Positions 13,276 through 26,199 of a stretch of 64,000 nucleotides of DNA are shown here, in pieces. Position numbers and translations under genes: made by a program. This stretch comes from Eutreptiella sp. 'Long Island Sound 2002' (lineage: Eukaryota > Protista > Euglenida). The first letter of the stretch is position 1. Every line of letters starts with the position of its first letter. The notes under the pieces were generated by a model, which was not told where the DNA came from, made no database searches, and saw nothing but the letters and a program-made list of their open reading frames with translations. The stretch is taken from positions 165,292,001 through 165,356,000 of the forward strand of contig OZ038378.1 of assembly GCA_964036045.1 (NCBI GenBank), written 5' to 3'.

Positions 13276-13832
13276 TACCCCCCCCCCCGACAGTAGACCC
13301 GGTTCTCTTAATTTTTTCACCCGGAGCCAAAGCCCTGGGTCTCTTAAATGGTACTAGGTCTCTTATATTTGAATGCCGGAACATGTTGTAACCTGTTTTC
13401 AAACCCACCGAAACAAGCCGCACACAACAAGCCCACTCTTGTTGATTTTCATTTTTTAACTGATGACAACATCATTTGGTGACATCATGACATCATCGCA
13501 TTACGCGTCGCAACTGGTTGATATAGTACTTGAACTATCATATGTGCGGGGCACTTTGTGTTGTCCCATGACATTTTTACTGAGGCTATGTCATTTGAAG
13601 GCCCATTTCTTGGAGTTGTTTGAGACAATACCCTCACCATTGAATGTTGGAGCATCCGGTTACGGCCTTTGGTTGAGGTTCGACTTTGTCTAGTTTTACG
13701 GGTGGGTCTCTTAAAGTGTACTTTTCCAAGTGGGTCTCTTATCACTTTGGTCGGGGAACGGCTCCGAAATGGGGGTGGGTCTCTTAAATGGTCATTTGCT
13801 AGTGGGTCTACTGTCGGGGGGGGGGGGGAGTA
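13276..13832. mobile_element. MITE-like element with about 22-bp inverted ends and internal GGGTCTCTTA repeats
   Basis: Left poly-C-GACAGTAGACCC (about 13278-13300) is the reverse complement of right GGGTCTACTGTC-poly-G (about 13804-13828). Several internal ggtctctta copies. No clear TSD. Confidence 0.65.
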
Positions 13833-14417
13833 CTTACTGTTGTTTTGCAAGTATTTGAACTAGTTTTGGCGAATATCGATCGCATTGCCTATGTTTCTAT
13901 TTATGCTTTTTAGCTGTTGAGCCTCTGTTGTGTGTGCTTGCATTGTGTTTGACACAACCATGACACATAACATTCTACTAAAGTTCGTGTCATCGTCCAC
14001 GTTTTGTGTGCGAATTTACTACCAACATGTCAATGCTGAACGATGCCGATTTCGAAAGACTTCAGAAGTCCATGTGCAACACAATGCAAAGCAAGCGAGC
14101 ACGGCTCAACAGCTCAAAAACATGGAACTCGTCAACCACAACAAACGGGTTTGGTGTATCGTTGTGTTCGACATTGGGTTTCGCCGCGACTCGTATCCTA
14201 CCAAGCTCTGTGCTAGAAGTTCAGTGTAGTGTCCCTCCCTGCCCTGCCCATTGTTGTCCCTGTGTGTACCAGCGTTTTGCCACGTGTAGGGGCACCTCCG
14301 GTAGTATCAAGAGAAGAGGCACCTCATCCATGAAGCAAGTGGTCAAGGAATGGAAAGGACAAGGCGATGGTGGGATGCGTTCTCTATTCAGGGAAAAATC
14401 CCAAAAATCAAGCAAGT

Positions 14418-15379
14418 GGGGGTGCCCACAGTCGCAAGCGGTCGCAGGCGGTCGCAGGCGGTCGCAAGCGCTTGAGATGCCCTTTTTTGGCCAGAAACCC
14501 CCTTTTGAGGGCTCCATGCAGTAGTACTGCGGCTTGTGACCCGTCTACGCACATATTTTCTTGTGCTCTTTGCCATGAAAGTAGTTTTCACCAAAATTTT
14601 ATTTTAACCGAAAAAAACGGTTTTGTACCCGAAAGTAACAATTGCACAGGCAAATGACGTCATGGCTATAAAAAAAAGTGACGATGGGGTCTAAAGGACC
14701 AAATTTTGCTGCCGTGGCAAATCGGTTCCTATTCCCATTATTGATGTTTGTCGTCGTGCACGTAAGGCCCAAAAAGTACTTCGTGACCTTCATGCAAAAG
14801 CTTGGCGCAAAAATGGGTATCCCCCAGTGGCGTCACAATTTGATGTGCCACCGATGGTTGCCTGCGTCTTGCGTTCTTTTCATAGCCATCGTCTAGCACC
14901 CGAGGAAGAGGGGTACAATGACCACTAGGCCGTCTCAAGGTCGCCGGCGTTGCAAGGCATCTTAAATGTTCGAAAAGATAGGAATGAGCGCACGCGCAAT
15001 GCCCTACAAAAGGCGGACAAACAAAAGGGGCAAGCGACAGATCCAATGGAAGCTAACAATTAAAGGTGCGTGTTGATTGTGCCAAGTGGCAAAAAGCCAA
15101 GGCTCCTTGCATCCAACCGCTTGAGTTGACAATGAGGCAGGCAACAAGCCATTGGCAATGCTACTATTTAGTGCAAGAGACAATTGTGATATGTCTTTCC
15201 TTCAATGGGTTAATGCATTGCACACTTGGAGGGACGGAGGGAGGGAGGCAGGGCGGGTTGGAGGGATTGGGGGAGTGAGTGTATGGGTTATGCCATCTGT
15301 AGACGTGTACGAAAATTTTCTTAAGCGGTCGCAGGCAGTCGCGGGCGGTCGCAGGCGGTCGCAGGCGGTGGGCACCCCC
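14418..15379. mobile_element. Non-autonomous TIR element, 12-bp TIR GGGGGTGCCCAC, candidate 3-bp TSD AGT
   Basis: GGGGGTGCCCAC at 14418-14429 and GTGGGCACCCCC at 15368-15379. AGT at 14415-14417 and 15380-15382. GTCGCAGGCG 10-mers lie just inside both ends. Confidence 0.65.
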
Positions 15380-15419
15380 AGTCAAGTTCTTCGGACTAGA
15401 ATAGAGGGAGATCGGCTTG

Positions 15420-16247
15420 GGCGCGCCCTTGCTATTGGTGCGCACGGTTCGGTCACAAAGCCCAAGATTATGGCATTCCGTACCTATATGAAGACGAGCC
15501 GGAGTGCCAATACAAACTTAATCAGAAAGACAAGCTTATCATCCTCAAACATCTCCTACTGACTTGTACTTCGCTCTCAAACATGCAGAATCAATCGACG
15601 GTGACCCTGTTGATTGGGAAGATGTCGCAAAGGAGATCCGGGTGGATACAACGGGTTGGCCAAATATGCCACACAAGAAAGGTCCTGCTCAAGTCCTACA
15701 TGCTGCTAAAGTCGGTCTAGACCCTTGGACTACATTGGACGATGTGGGCACGGATGGTTCGCTTTCGCAGTGTTATACACCGGAAGAGTTTGCACCCAAG
15801 GAGGACATTTCTTCTCAGGAGTCTGCGGTTGCTACAGTGGGAAATGCACTGAATGACTTGGGTTTTACCCCCGAGTGGAAGAAAAGCATTGACAACAAAC
15901 TGGTGAACCTTGCGGGTAATGTATCCAACTTGCAGAAATCGCAGAATGCCTCCCTGGGAATGATGCGAATTATGCTTCAGACACAAGGTGTCCCGAACCA
16001 TCTCATTGAGCAACAAATGGCCGCTGCTGGTTTTATGCATCCACCGCCACAAGATCGCTCACCCCAGAACTGTAAGGCACCGGCACCACTTTCATCCCCC
16101 GCATCTTCATCTACGGCACCAGCTTTGGCACGAAATGCTGTACCACGGGATAGGACTAAACTATGGTGGGATCAAACGACGATCTTTTTGAAGGAGATGA
16201 GCATGATCCAAAGCTATCATGGGGAGAAGACACCAACCCAGTCATGA
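15420..16247 (+). pseudogene. Decayed protein-coding segment of unknown, probably mobile-element, origin
   Basis: Protein-like reading (LGRALAIGAHGSVTKPK...YFALKHAESIDGDPVDWEDVAKEI...) with an in-frame TGA near 15560. No family recognised. Confidence 0.35.
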
Positions 16248-19091
16248 CCACGTCGATCAACATCGTGAAGCACAGGTCCCCGGCGCGCTTGTTCTGTTGA
16301 GAAAGTGACCAACTTCATCCTCAAAACATGGTCGAAGTCGGTGGGGCTACTTAGCCATGTGTGTGAGAACGGAAATCTATGTGATCCTCCCGGACGACCA
16401 GGCCACTCACTGGAAGCTGCCCGTCTCACACGCCAATTTTGGCTTCAGCATCGTGTAAGTACGTGTTGCTTGCAAGAGCAGCACCGATGGCCATGTGGTG
16501 GTGAATGCTTGCGCACCCAGAGGTGAATCCATTCCACTGAAAGCATTCAAGGGTGGCATTGGCATTGAAGTACCTTTCAGCAATGTCTATGGCTGCCGAA
16601 GGGGCACGCCTTACTTTGGAAAAATTGTCATCTTCTCAAAACCACCGCCTACAGGCCGACAAGCCGTCCAAGCATTGAGCGTTTGATCTATGAACCTCCC
16701 TGATGATATTAAAAGTTCGCTACCACTGGTACAGCGGCAAGCTGTAATCCATTCCATTCAGCGAACTGCTTTGATTTTTTGCAAACTTCTTAAAAAAAAG
16801 ACTCCCTCCTCCTTGATGCTTGCGCTGTTGTGAGGTGCATGCTTTGTGTGGAAAGAAGATGTAATTGTAAGAAAATGTAGGGCAAAAACATGTCTGGCCG
16901 CCATGTGATAAGTCATGCATCATTCAATACCTCACCACATGGTTGCGTATCCACGGCGTTTGGCAATATACTGCCTGCACCTCTTAGCATCTGCCATGAG
17001 TGTGACTCCCATTGTGTTGTCTGGTGTCTTGATTACCCCCTCCTCAAGCAAATGTGTAGCTTGGCCCCACACAGCCAGGAGTGGGAGTGGCAAATCCAAT
17101 GCATATGCCGTTCCCGCAAAATTGAGGCATAGGTGGCGGATTCACATTGATAGCTTCGCGACCACCTCGATGTTTGCGACCGCATTATGTGGAACGGTTG
17201 TCTTTGAATGGGTACAGCTTGGGTCTCGGGTTATGATGAGTGACCCGCGCGCCAGATCCTCTGCTCTGCACATTGCCTCCCTATCACACCGAAAGGCGGC
17301 TATGCACATATATGAGTTCCGAGTCTTTCCCTGTGCTTTTGCTTGCTGGCGTGCTCCACCTCAATTCACTGCGCAACAATCCTAAGGGGGCAGGTGTTGG
17401 CCGCATGGGGTAGTAATCATGAAGTTGCAGAGCAATATGGGGTATGGCTTTAAGCGAAACTTCCTCCGTGGCGTCAAATGCCTGAGGTGCTAATGTTGCA
17501 CGACAATGCGGCGGTAGTGCACGGCACCCTTAACCTTATAAGCCGTGTGCGGCATTTTGCAAGCAAAACAGAATTCTAAAAGTTTTCCTTCCGCATTCGA
17601 GGTCTTGAAGTTTGATCCTACACTTTGCTTATGTAGTGTCCAGTTCTCAAGCGGCGGATCCGGTGTCTTGCATCAAGTTTTTTTTGCTGCTGACTTGGCT
17701 ACCTAGTGGTGGTAGGTGTGGAGGGCCTAGATGCTGTTTCTTGGTTATGAAGGGATGACTTCTCTTGTAGTTTGATGGATATTGCTTTTAAGCGGATGCT
17801 ACTCCAATAAGTTTGCAACTTGCTGTGTGTCATGTTACTTCACATCCGCCACTGCGTTGTAGAACCCATAGTGCTGACAGCCGTAGACGTGAAGAGGTTG
17901 CATAGACAATTCTGTGCTATTGTATTGGGGTTTGTGGAGTCGTGCCTATGTATTTGCAAAAATACCCCTTCAAGCTTTGCTGAAAGGGGTGCCTTACCAA
18001 TTTTGTGACCCTTAAATTCTAAGTTTGTACTTCCAATGATACCCGATTTTTGACATATCTCATTTTTTATTGGACGATTAAACTTCACCACGACCACAGT
18101 GTCTCCTCAGTATCTGTTCTCCCACAATGGACCCGCACGGCACAGTACAACAGCGCTAGCACAACTCCATCATGAAAGATAAAAGCCTGAAGAGTATAGG
18201 TGTAATACAACTTGCCATTGACAGGCCCACCCGAGGGGGTGGGCCGGTAGTTGGGGTTGTGTTTGGCTTTTCGTCACGTGTGGTACATACATGGGGAATC
18301 CAGAAATTCTGGGCACAATGTGCATTTGCACCTCACTGAAAGATCAGGAGCATCTGTCTGTAAAAAGCAGTGTGTCACCCGTGTGTCAACCTGAGAGTGC
18401 CGTGCTGACAATATGGTTTACAGTGCATGGGCGGAAGCCTTGGCTAGTAAGGCGTCCTCGCAGCGTGGGGAGCCACCATTGTTGTGGGTAACCTTTGCTG
18501 TTGAGTTCCTGCACTAGGTGGATGCAATTTATATGAGTGGCTTGCACATCGTGCGCGTAGTATAAACATTTCCCTACCATGCTGGGCACCATGCCCTTCA
18601 GGACCGTGCGGCAGTTTATGGAGCAGGCGTCTACAAACCGAGTTTGCCTGCTAGCACTACCTTTCATTGACAACATCTTCCCTTGGGCACATGTGGTTGT
18701 TTCCTATCGCATTCAATTTTGTAAGGTTGTGCCTACGTCTGTGCCAAAACCACAACGCTCCAACCCATGTAGCTTATGTGGTGGTTTCGTATCACGGAAC
18801 CCTTCTACCACCGAAACCAGTAGGCCAATAGTTCACTGAATTTCTGATTTCAATGCATCCTTTTGTCGCAGCGAACCTACCTAAGTTTATCCCTCTCATC
18901 TCTGATTTCCTTTGCAACCACATCGAAAAAACCACACTCCTGAAAGCACAGTTTGAACAAAGCGGCTCACACATCAGTTTTCTGGAAGTGGACCTTAACT
19001 GCACCTGCAGTTGGGGCCCCGTGTCACTGAAACAACCCCAGCTCCAATCCACAGACCGCTCCCCAGCTACCCCCTCCAGGTGGTTGGATGA

Positions 19092-19721
19092 TTGGCCCCA
19101 AATGTCCCGCCTATGCTTCGCTCTATGGTTCCCAATGTGGTGAAGAAAGCACAGCATTTGCGTACCAACCACCGTGCTGTTTTTCGGAGTTTTGCCGTGC
19201 TAGTCCTCAGCCTGCTACTGAAATACCCACCATCACTGTGGAAAAGTACACTTTTCCGCAGCGCCAATAAATGGGACCTTTTGCATGTCGCCTCACCGGC
19301 TTACTCCCTTTGTAAGCAGGTTTTTGATACCAACCCATCCACGCCAGCGCTTGAAAGATTTCTCAATGATATCAACCCCAATATCCCCGTCGCTTTGACT
19401 GGTTCCTGTTTTAGTCCGCCTGTATCTCCCCAGCCCACCAACGTGCCGTCCCGTGATTTTGTTTGCCGGTTCCCCGCTGAAGTGTGGCGACTCATTGCTT
19501 TTCATTTACCTACACCTTCCCTCATTGCATGTTGCTGTACCTCTTTCACTTTCATGTGCACTTTGTTGGAGGCTGGCAAGTACCACCAGGTATGGATTGA
19601 GCATTTTGAACCGGTTCTCTATTTTGTTCCCAAAGTGCTTCATAAGCTAAATTCCAATTTTCACACACTCCTACTCCAAGGTGGTTTCTCCCTGCCCTCG
19701 TCGGATGTCCTTGAGGTCTGA
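19092..19721 (+). CDS. Intronless 209-aa ORF with an F-box-like motif, possibly a pseudogene
   Basis: RFPAEVWRLIAFHLPTPSLIACCCTSFTF resembles the F-box consensus LPxEIxxxIxxxLxxxDLxxxxxVxxxW. AT-richer than host exons. Confidence 0.35.
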   Translation: MAPNVPPMLRSMVPNVVKKAQHLRTNHRAVFRSFAVLVLSLLLKYPPSLWKSTLFRSANKWDLLHVASPAYSLCKQVFDTNPSTPALERFLNDINPNIPVALTGSCFSPPVSPQPTNVPSRDFVCRFPAEVWRLIAFHLPTPSLIACCCTSFTFMCTLLEAGKYHQVWIEHFEPVLYFVPKVLHKLNSNFHTLLLQGGFSLPSSDVLEV

Positions 19722-22589
19722 AATACGCTGTATTTATTTGCTGTTTTTCCAATTTGCGCCTATGTTCACCCGTGCTTTGACGTACACTTGTGGAACATCA
19801 CGCCCCACATTTGCCTGTCACTCGCTCTTTCCAGAAAGGTCCTTGTGGCACTTTTTCTTGTGTCGTGCAAGTCCACCTGACGACGGTTGGGCGTGTTGCA
19901 TTTCGGGTGCTTTGCTCGGTTGTTTTGTGCCCAATTGCAATGCATCGCCAAGCAATGAGTTGCTAGATAGAGTGGTGGCCTAGCTTGGGGCCAAAGGAAC
20001 CCATGTTTTTGACCCAAAGCCGATTGTGCACTTGAAAGTGGGTTGCATGGTTGTGTGCATTTCATGCCGTTTATAAACACGGGTGCCCAGCGGTCAAGAT
20101 GACATATATTTTCCTCAACTATGGTATCAAATAGTGCATGAAATTAATGTGTGATGAGCAACCATAACGCTGCGGAGCAGCAGTGTTGTCACTTTTGCGG
20201 GCCCCAACATATTTGCACCCGTCAATTTGGGTTGGTTTCTGGGAAAGAATCGGGTGCTGATTTGGTAACCTCAAGCGACTTTATGATAAAGTGTAGGGGT
20301 TTTCTGGTACATGGTACGGGTTTCTTTTTGAACGTACCACCTAACCAGTGGTGGGGGTCCCAAGTCTCAAGTTCAATTTTGCTATTAGTGTGTCATGCAT
20401 TACGAACACAAATAAACATCTATAGTTGTTCCGTAGATCCGCATTTTTAAATTAAATTGTGGACACGCCATCTACTGGGGTAATAATCTTGGACAAGCAG
20501 TAGTCTCAAAACACCACTCAGGCACCCTTGTGTGCGGAAATGGCCTCGTTTAGATGCTAGTGACCATGGGAGGGCCACTCAAAGGGCAAGTTGAGATATC
20601 TGCCCGTGGGCCGGGGTAACATGGCCTTTTTTGGACTTGGGGCTTTGTTGCGGTGACTTCATGAACGGGGCCCCCTAGACGTGGGGGGTGCCCTCACCGG
20701 CTAACCGAAGTGGATTTCAATTTTTGTGGTTGATTTGTGTGGGGTTGCTCTTTGATTTGTGTTGGGTTTCTCGGGTTTCCGTTTTATGTTGCTATTGTTG
20801 TTTTCGCTGCGCGGATTGGCGATTCCTACTCTTTCTTGGATTGGGTACTATTCTATGTGGGCACTAATTTCTCACCATTCGTGTTTGGTTGCCTTAATGC
20901 CGAACTTCTCTCTTTTCTATGGATTCCAATATTATCCATTGCGTGCCTCCGTGCCCCAGAGCAGCCCCATGGTCTCCTTGCCAGGTCTTTTCTTGTGCCA
21001 CAAATTCGTTCCATTTTTCTAGCAAGTCCTCTTGGATCAAGGTCCACTCGCCACGTCCCCTTCAGTGGCGAGTAATTCATTCATTAATTGATTGTTGTGC
21101 TCTTGCTTGGTTGATATCATCCACTCGTGGGTTGTCTCGGAAATGGGGTACCTAACCCGAGACAAGTCTAAGACACATGAATGCCCTCACAAGAGGGCCA
21201 ACTATGGCATCAATGTGTAATCACTCATATATCATGTAATATATATTATATATTATTATCACTCATATATAATTTGAGCAGTCCAAGAGAGCTCGGCTAC
21301 AAACTAAAAGCAGAGCCAAGAGAGTTAGCGAGCCCGTTCATGAAGTCGCTACAACGAACCCCCAACCCAAGACTTCATGAATTTGGAGCCGATGAGCAAG
21401 GCCATTTTGCCCCTTGGATGTCACGGAGACGGGTTGGCTACCTGGGAAAGGTTGCTTGTCAGTGGGTACAAGGGAAGTTCTTGTTCTTGTTGCTGGTCTC
21501 AAATGCAGCCGAACATCAATGAAGCGCACACAGCAGCAACGAACACACAGAAGCCGTTAGGCGTTAGGTGTTAGACCGCTAGGCACCTGTCAGGTCTGCA
21601 AAGTTAAAAGGGGCTTCGGTGCAAAGACGACACGGGATGATGCAGCTTGGTGTTCGGTGGCCGGCAAGCTATGATAGCATGGAGCAAGAGTAGTTTCATG
21701 GAACCGCTTAATCGACCCAACACATTTATGAGAGTTGGGTGCTTGAGTGGGTGGAGGTGTTCCCATGGGGACATGTTTGGCAGCAACAGTCTGCTACTTG
21801 GATGCAAATCTGTAGCAAGTTGGGGTGGGAAAGAGGGGGCACAAGGGAAGAAGGAGACAGCGATAGGACGAGTCCATTGTGTTAGTTGTTTTCATGGGCA
21901 CCTTGGGATTCAACTTGTGGTTTCTACACCGTGGTTACCCCGCTTTTGTTCGCCATCCCATTGTGATGCAGTACAACCGATGGTGGAAGTAAGATAAAAG
22001 TTGGTTGGGGAGGGGAAAAGGAGGGAGGAGGAAGGGAGGTAAGGCGTCATTTTACATGCTGAAATGTGGTTGACACCTTCGAAGTACTACGCACGTGAAG
22101 CTGCAGCCATGAAATTCTACAATTATGTACCATCTTCAAATCGCATCATGTGCAACACACTTGCACAATATGTAGCACACATGCACCCCGTCATTAAAAC
22201 AAAAAGCAACCCCCTACCCTCTACCCACATGGTAATGAGGTGCTTAAAGCTTATTCGGCGGTTGGTCGTTTTGGGTAATTGTGTGGGGTACTCGAACTTG
22301 ATCCAAAACCTTAAAAATATTCAACTACGGTGCAAATGACACCACGCGACCTTCAACGCATGGAATATGGGGTTGTGGATTTTCCTCATTCACAAAACAC
22401 CTCTCACCCAAACTTGCTCCAAACTTGCATTAAAGCCAACAAATTGTAGGCAACACCCTGGCAGTGAGTGATCAGGGATCATGCATTGAGTGGGATGGGA
22501 GAAGCCAAGGGTAGAACTAGGTGGTGACCTGATGGGCTACATCATGTGTTAGGACAACACTGCAACAAGTAGGGGCCGCAATAGCCATG

Positions 22590-22760
22590 AGGTACAACCA
22601 CACACACATGTCAGGTTGTTGTTGTTCGAGATTTGGTACGATCCCATACTGAGATGCATCCACATGTAGGGCAAATTCGCCATCGGGGTTGGGGATATAG
22701 AGCTCGCATGTATCAACAATGGAGCTCTTTATCTTTTCAAAGTTCTCGTACATGAGGGGG
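22590..22760 (-). pseudogene. Ty3/Gypsy-type RT-RNase H fragment
   Basis: LYIPNPDGEFALHVDASQYGI...LEQ resembles the LxxPDxxxxFxLxTDASxxGIGAVLxQ start of Gypsy RNase H. The flanks are decayed. Confidence 0.65.
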
Positions 22761-24252
22761 GTCCGGTCAACGAAATTGTTCTCTCGTTGAACTTTGTTTC
22801 GTCAATGGGTTGTGGGAGAAGCCGACTTTGCGGAGGCGGTGACGTGGGGTACAAGCTAGGGAGGGACACCCGTCCAGGACAAGAGCCGGTTTTGTCCGCC
22901 TTGGATGTTTGCACTGCAAACATAATCGGGCCAAACACTATGGTCAATGATGTCGACGCGATGCCCAAAACTAAGGAAAAAATGAATAAAGGCCTCTTCA
23001 ATCATTGAAGGCTTGCCATAGTGACACGATGCCTACAACGGCCGCCCGAAAAACCCAGAGTCACAAGAGTGTGCCGCATGCAAAACTCATTTTTTGCTTT
23101 AAGAACAAATGGTTTGCGAAATGCGATAACATCCCAAGGCATTCTGAATGTCCAAATGTTGCCCATTCGTGCCTATTGGGAGATGCCCGGGAGTCCAGGA
23201 CGCGCGGTAGCGCGACATTACCCATGTGTTCCATGCCATCTACCATGCCATCTAGAATGTTGTTTTATCCCGTCCGAGGCCAGGAGGGGCGGGGCTGGTT
23301 TGATTCAGCCTGGATCGCTACGAATGACGATTGGCGCATCCGCAAGGACGGGCATTGTGCGGCCCAGCCTTTTCGACCACCATTGTGGCTATCTTGACCC
23401 CTTTCACAATGGACAATCCTAATCAACCACCATTGTGGGATTTGTGCCATCAATTATGGCCATCATGATCAACTACCAAACTGGCCATCATGTGGCTTGT
23501 AATGATCAACTATCCCAGCCACCATCATGCCTCCGCGAAGGCATGCTCAATAAATTCAACAAGGATCAGAATAGGCATCATGATACCCATCATGGCAATA
23601 TGCCAGTCATCATTAGGATTAGGATTGATGATGGTGACCATCAAGGGGGGTTGTCATGAGAGCAAAGTGCTGCATCCTCAAGGTTGCCTACCGCATCTCT
23701 TCATATTCCTTTGGCTACCAGACCGGACGGAGGACCGGTCTGGTCTTGTGGGGAAAATCATCGCTTTCTGGCTAAGGATTGGGTCAAGGGTTTTTGAACG
23801 TGGCGGAAATGATGGTTTTGGTGGTTTTCTTAGACTCAATAGTATTTTAGAGAAAAACAGTAAGACCAGTTTCAGAGACCGGTGGGACCGGTCTTTGCAA
23901 ACCGAACGGACCGGACCACTTCGGTACACTTTGGAGCACTTTGTTACACTTGCCTCCCAAACCTACCTTTGCGCGCTCGTTGCAGCATGCACGCCACCAC
24001 ACACCATGCACAAACCACACACACATACACAGACTTTGCTTCCCATGTCCTCTTGGGTGTTTCAACGATGCATGATGGGTGGGATGCACCATTAGCATGA
24101 AAATAGATCGGTTCAAACAGTTTCATGCAGACCGGTCAGACCGGTCTTCCGAACCTCGCTCCTGGTCCCCTACTTCTTGCTGCCTTTTCACAGGACCGGT
24201 CAGACCGCTCTTCCCCGCTTTGTTGCTTAGTCTTCTTTAATGCCGATTTCAG

Positions 24253-24863
24253 GCCCCGGCACCAAGATCCCCGGCGTGAAGGATGCCGAGACGCCCGTGC
24301 CCACGGCCTTCAAGAAGGTCCGGGCCGGCGACCGGGTGGTGCTGCTGCTGAAGGGCTCGCACGGCGGCCGCTACACCGGCACGTGCGAGTCGCAGGCGTC
24401 CGGTAAAATGTCCCTATCCGGGACAATCTACTTCACGGAGGACCAGAAGACCGGGGGCTTGAAGCGCAGCATCAGCAAGGGCGAGCTTGACTTCGTCACC
24501 GAGGACGTGCTCGGATGTTGGGTGATCGCGGAGGCGAAGACATCTACTCCGGGCCAGAGGATTGCGGCCCGAGCAGCGCAGTCCCGCAAAAGTGTGTTCT
24601 CCAAGACGCGTCTTATGGCTCCGGCTCCAACCCAAGAGCAGGTGATGCACGGGATCACGCGATTGATCGCCCTCGATTCCGCGCGCTTCGTTCTGCGCTC
24701 ACAAATTCAGACGCGCGTTTGCGCCAAGAATGGGTGGTCCATGCGGGACGTGACGGCCAGGATCATCACCCTTGCCGTGAGTCGGATGGTTAGGGCCAAT
24801 GAAGTGGCCATTGGGAATGGAGACGTCTTTCAAGGTTCCATGCTTGTATTCAGACATTGTTAG
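24253..24863 (+). CDS. Terminal exon (or retrocopy) of a hypothetical protein
   Basis: Acceptor GATTTCAG|GC (AG 24251-24252). GC3-rich frame PGTKIPGVKDAETPVPTAFKKVRAGDRVVLLLKG... runs to TAG at 24861-24863. The C-terminus is loosely winged-helix-like (inference). Confidence 0.6.
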
Positions 24864-25046
24864 ATGCAGGCCCAGCGCAGGTGGCAAATACCCCCCCTTT
24901 TTGGGGGGGGTCCGTTGCTTGTCATACCCCCATGGGTGATTTCGCATGTCTTACGGTGTGATATCATAATTTGGGGGTAGGAAACGCCCCTGTAGTTTAT
25001 TTTTCATGATTGACCACTCCACATCCCCCGTACCGGGGGGTTCCGG

Positions 25047-25813
25047 GGGCAACGTCTCCGGTGGTTTGGCGGCGGCGGTCGTTGGGGCAACGTCTCCGGT
25101 GGTTTGGCGGAGGTTGTTGTTGGGGCAACATCTCCGGTGGTTTGGCGGCGGCGGTCGTTGGGGCAACGTCTCCGGTGGTTTGGCGGCGGTTGTTGTTGGG
25201 GCAACATCTCCGGTGGTTTGGCGGCGGCGGTCGTTGGGGCAACGTCTCCGGTGGTTTGGCTGTGGCGGTTGTTGGGACAACGTCGCCGGTGGTTTGGCGG
25301 TGGCGGTTGTTGGGGCAACATCTCCGGTGGTTTGGCGGTGGCGGTGGTTCGGGCAACGTCTCCGGTGGTTTGGCGGCGGCGGTTGTTGTTGGGGCAACGT
25401 CCCCGGTGGTTTGGCGGTGGTGGTTGTTGGGGCAACTTCCCCGGTGGTTTGGCGGCGGTTGTTGTTGGGGCAACGTGTCCGGTGGTTTGGCGGTGGTGGT
25501 CGTTGGGGCAACGTCCCCGGTGGTTTGGCGGCGGCGGTTGTTGGGGCAACGTCTCCGGTGGTTTGGCGGCGGCGGTTGTTGGGGCAACGTCTCGGGTGGT
25601 TTGGCTATAGCGGTTCGTGGGTCAACGTCTCCGGTGGTTTGGTGGTGGCGGTTGTTGGGGCAACGTCTCCCGTGGTTTGGTGGTGGCGGTTGTTGGGGCA
25701 ACGTTGCCGCCGTTTTGGCGGCGGTTGTTGTTGGGGCAACGTCCCCAGTGGTTTGGGTGCGGTGGTTGTTGGGGCAACCTCTCGGGTGGTTTGGCGGCGG
25801 TTGTTAGGGCAAC
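25047..25813. repeat. 38-bp GC-rich minisatellite, left part (about 20 units)
   Basis: Unit TTGGGGCAACGTCTCCGGTGGTTTGGCGGYGGCGGTYG, with occasional 41-bp variants. No spacers. Confidence 0.95.
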
Positions 25814-25991
25814 TGGGATGCAGCGTTCTAGGGCGTGGTGCGGAACCCCCCCAATTTTGGGTGTTGTTAATATGGTTGGAACCCGGAATTTCACATGTTA
25901 CAAGGGTGCACTATGATGCAACAATGTGCCTTCCATGTATTGTTTGCTCGATATTGCCCGTTTTGCACTTTTTGCGATTTGATCTTTGTGT

Positions 25992-26141
25992 GCTCTAACT
26001 AGTTATCGCGGGGTTAGAACGGGGTTAGAGCACTAGTTATCGCGTGGGTTATCGCGCGATAACCTAGTTATCGCGGGGGTTATCGCGGGGGTTATCGCGC
26101 GATAACTAGTTATCGCGTGGGTTATCGCGTGGGTTATCGCG
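25992..26141 (+). repeat. Left TTATCGCG array (9 copies) with CTAACTAG elements
   Basis: Counted directly. Includes the palindromes GGTTATCGCGCGATAACC (26047-26064) and GTTATCGCGCGATAAC (26091-26106). Confidence 0.9.
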
Positions 26142-26199
26142 CTTCATTTTATGTTTCCCCTTTTCGCTTTAGCTCTCAAAGCCTTCGTATTCTTTGATA

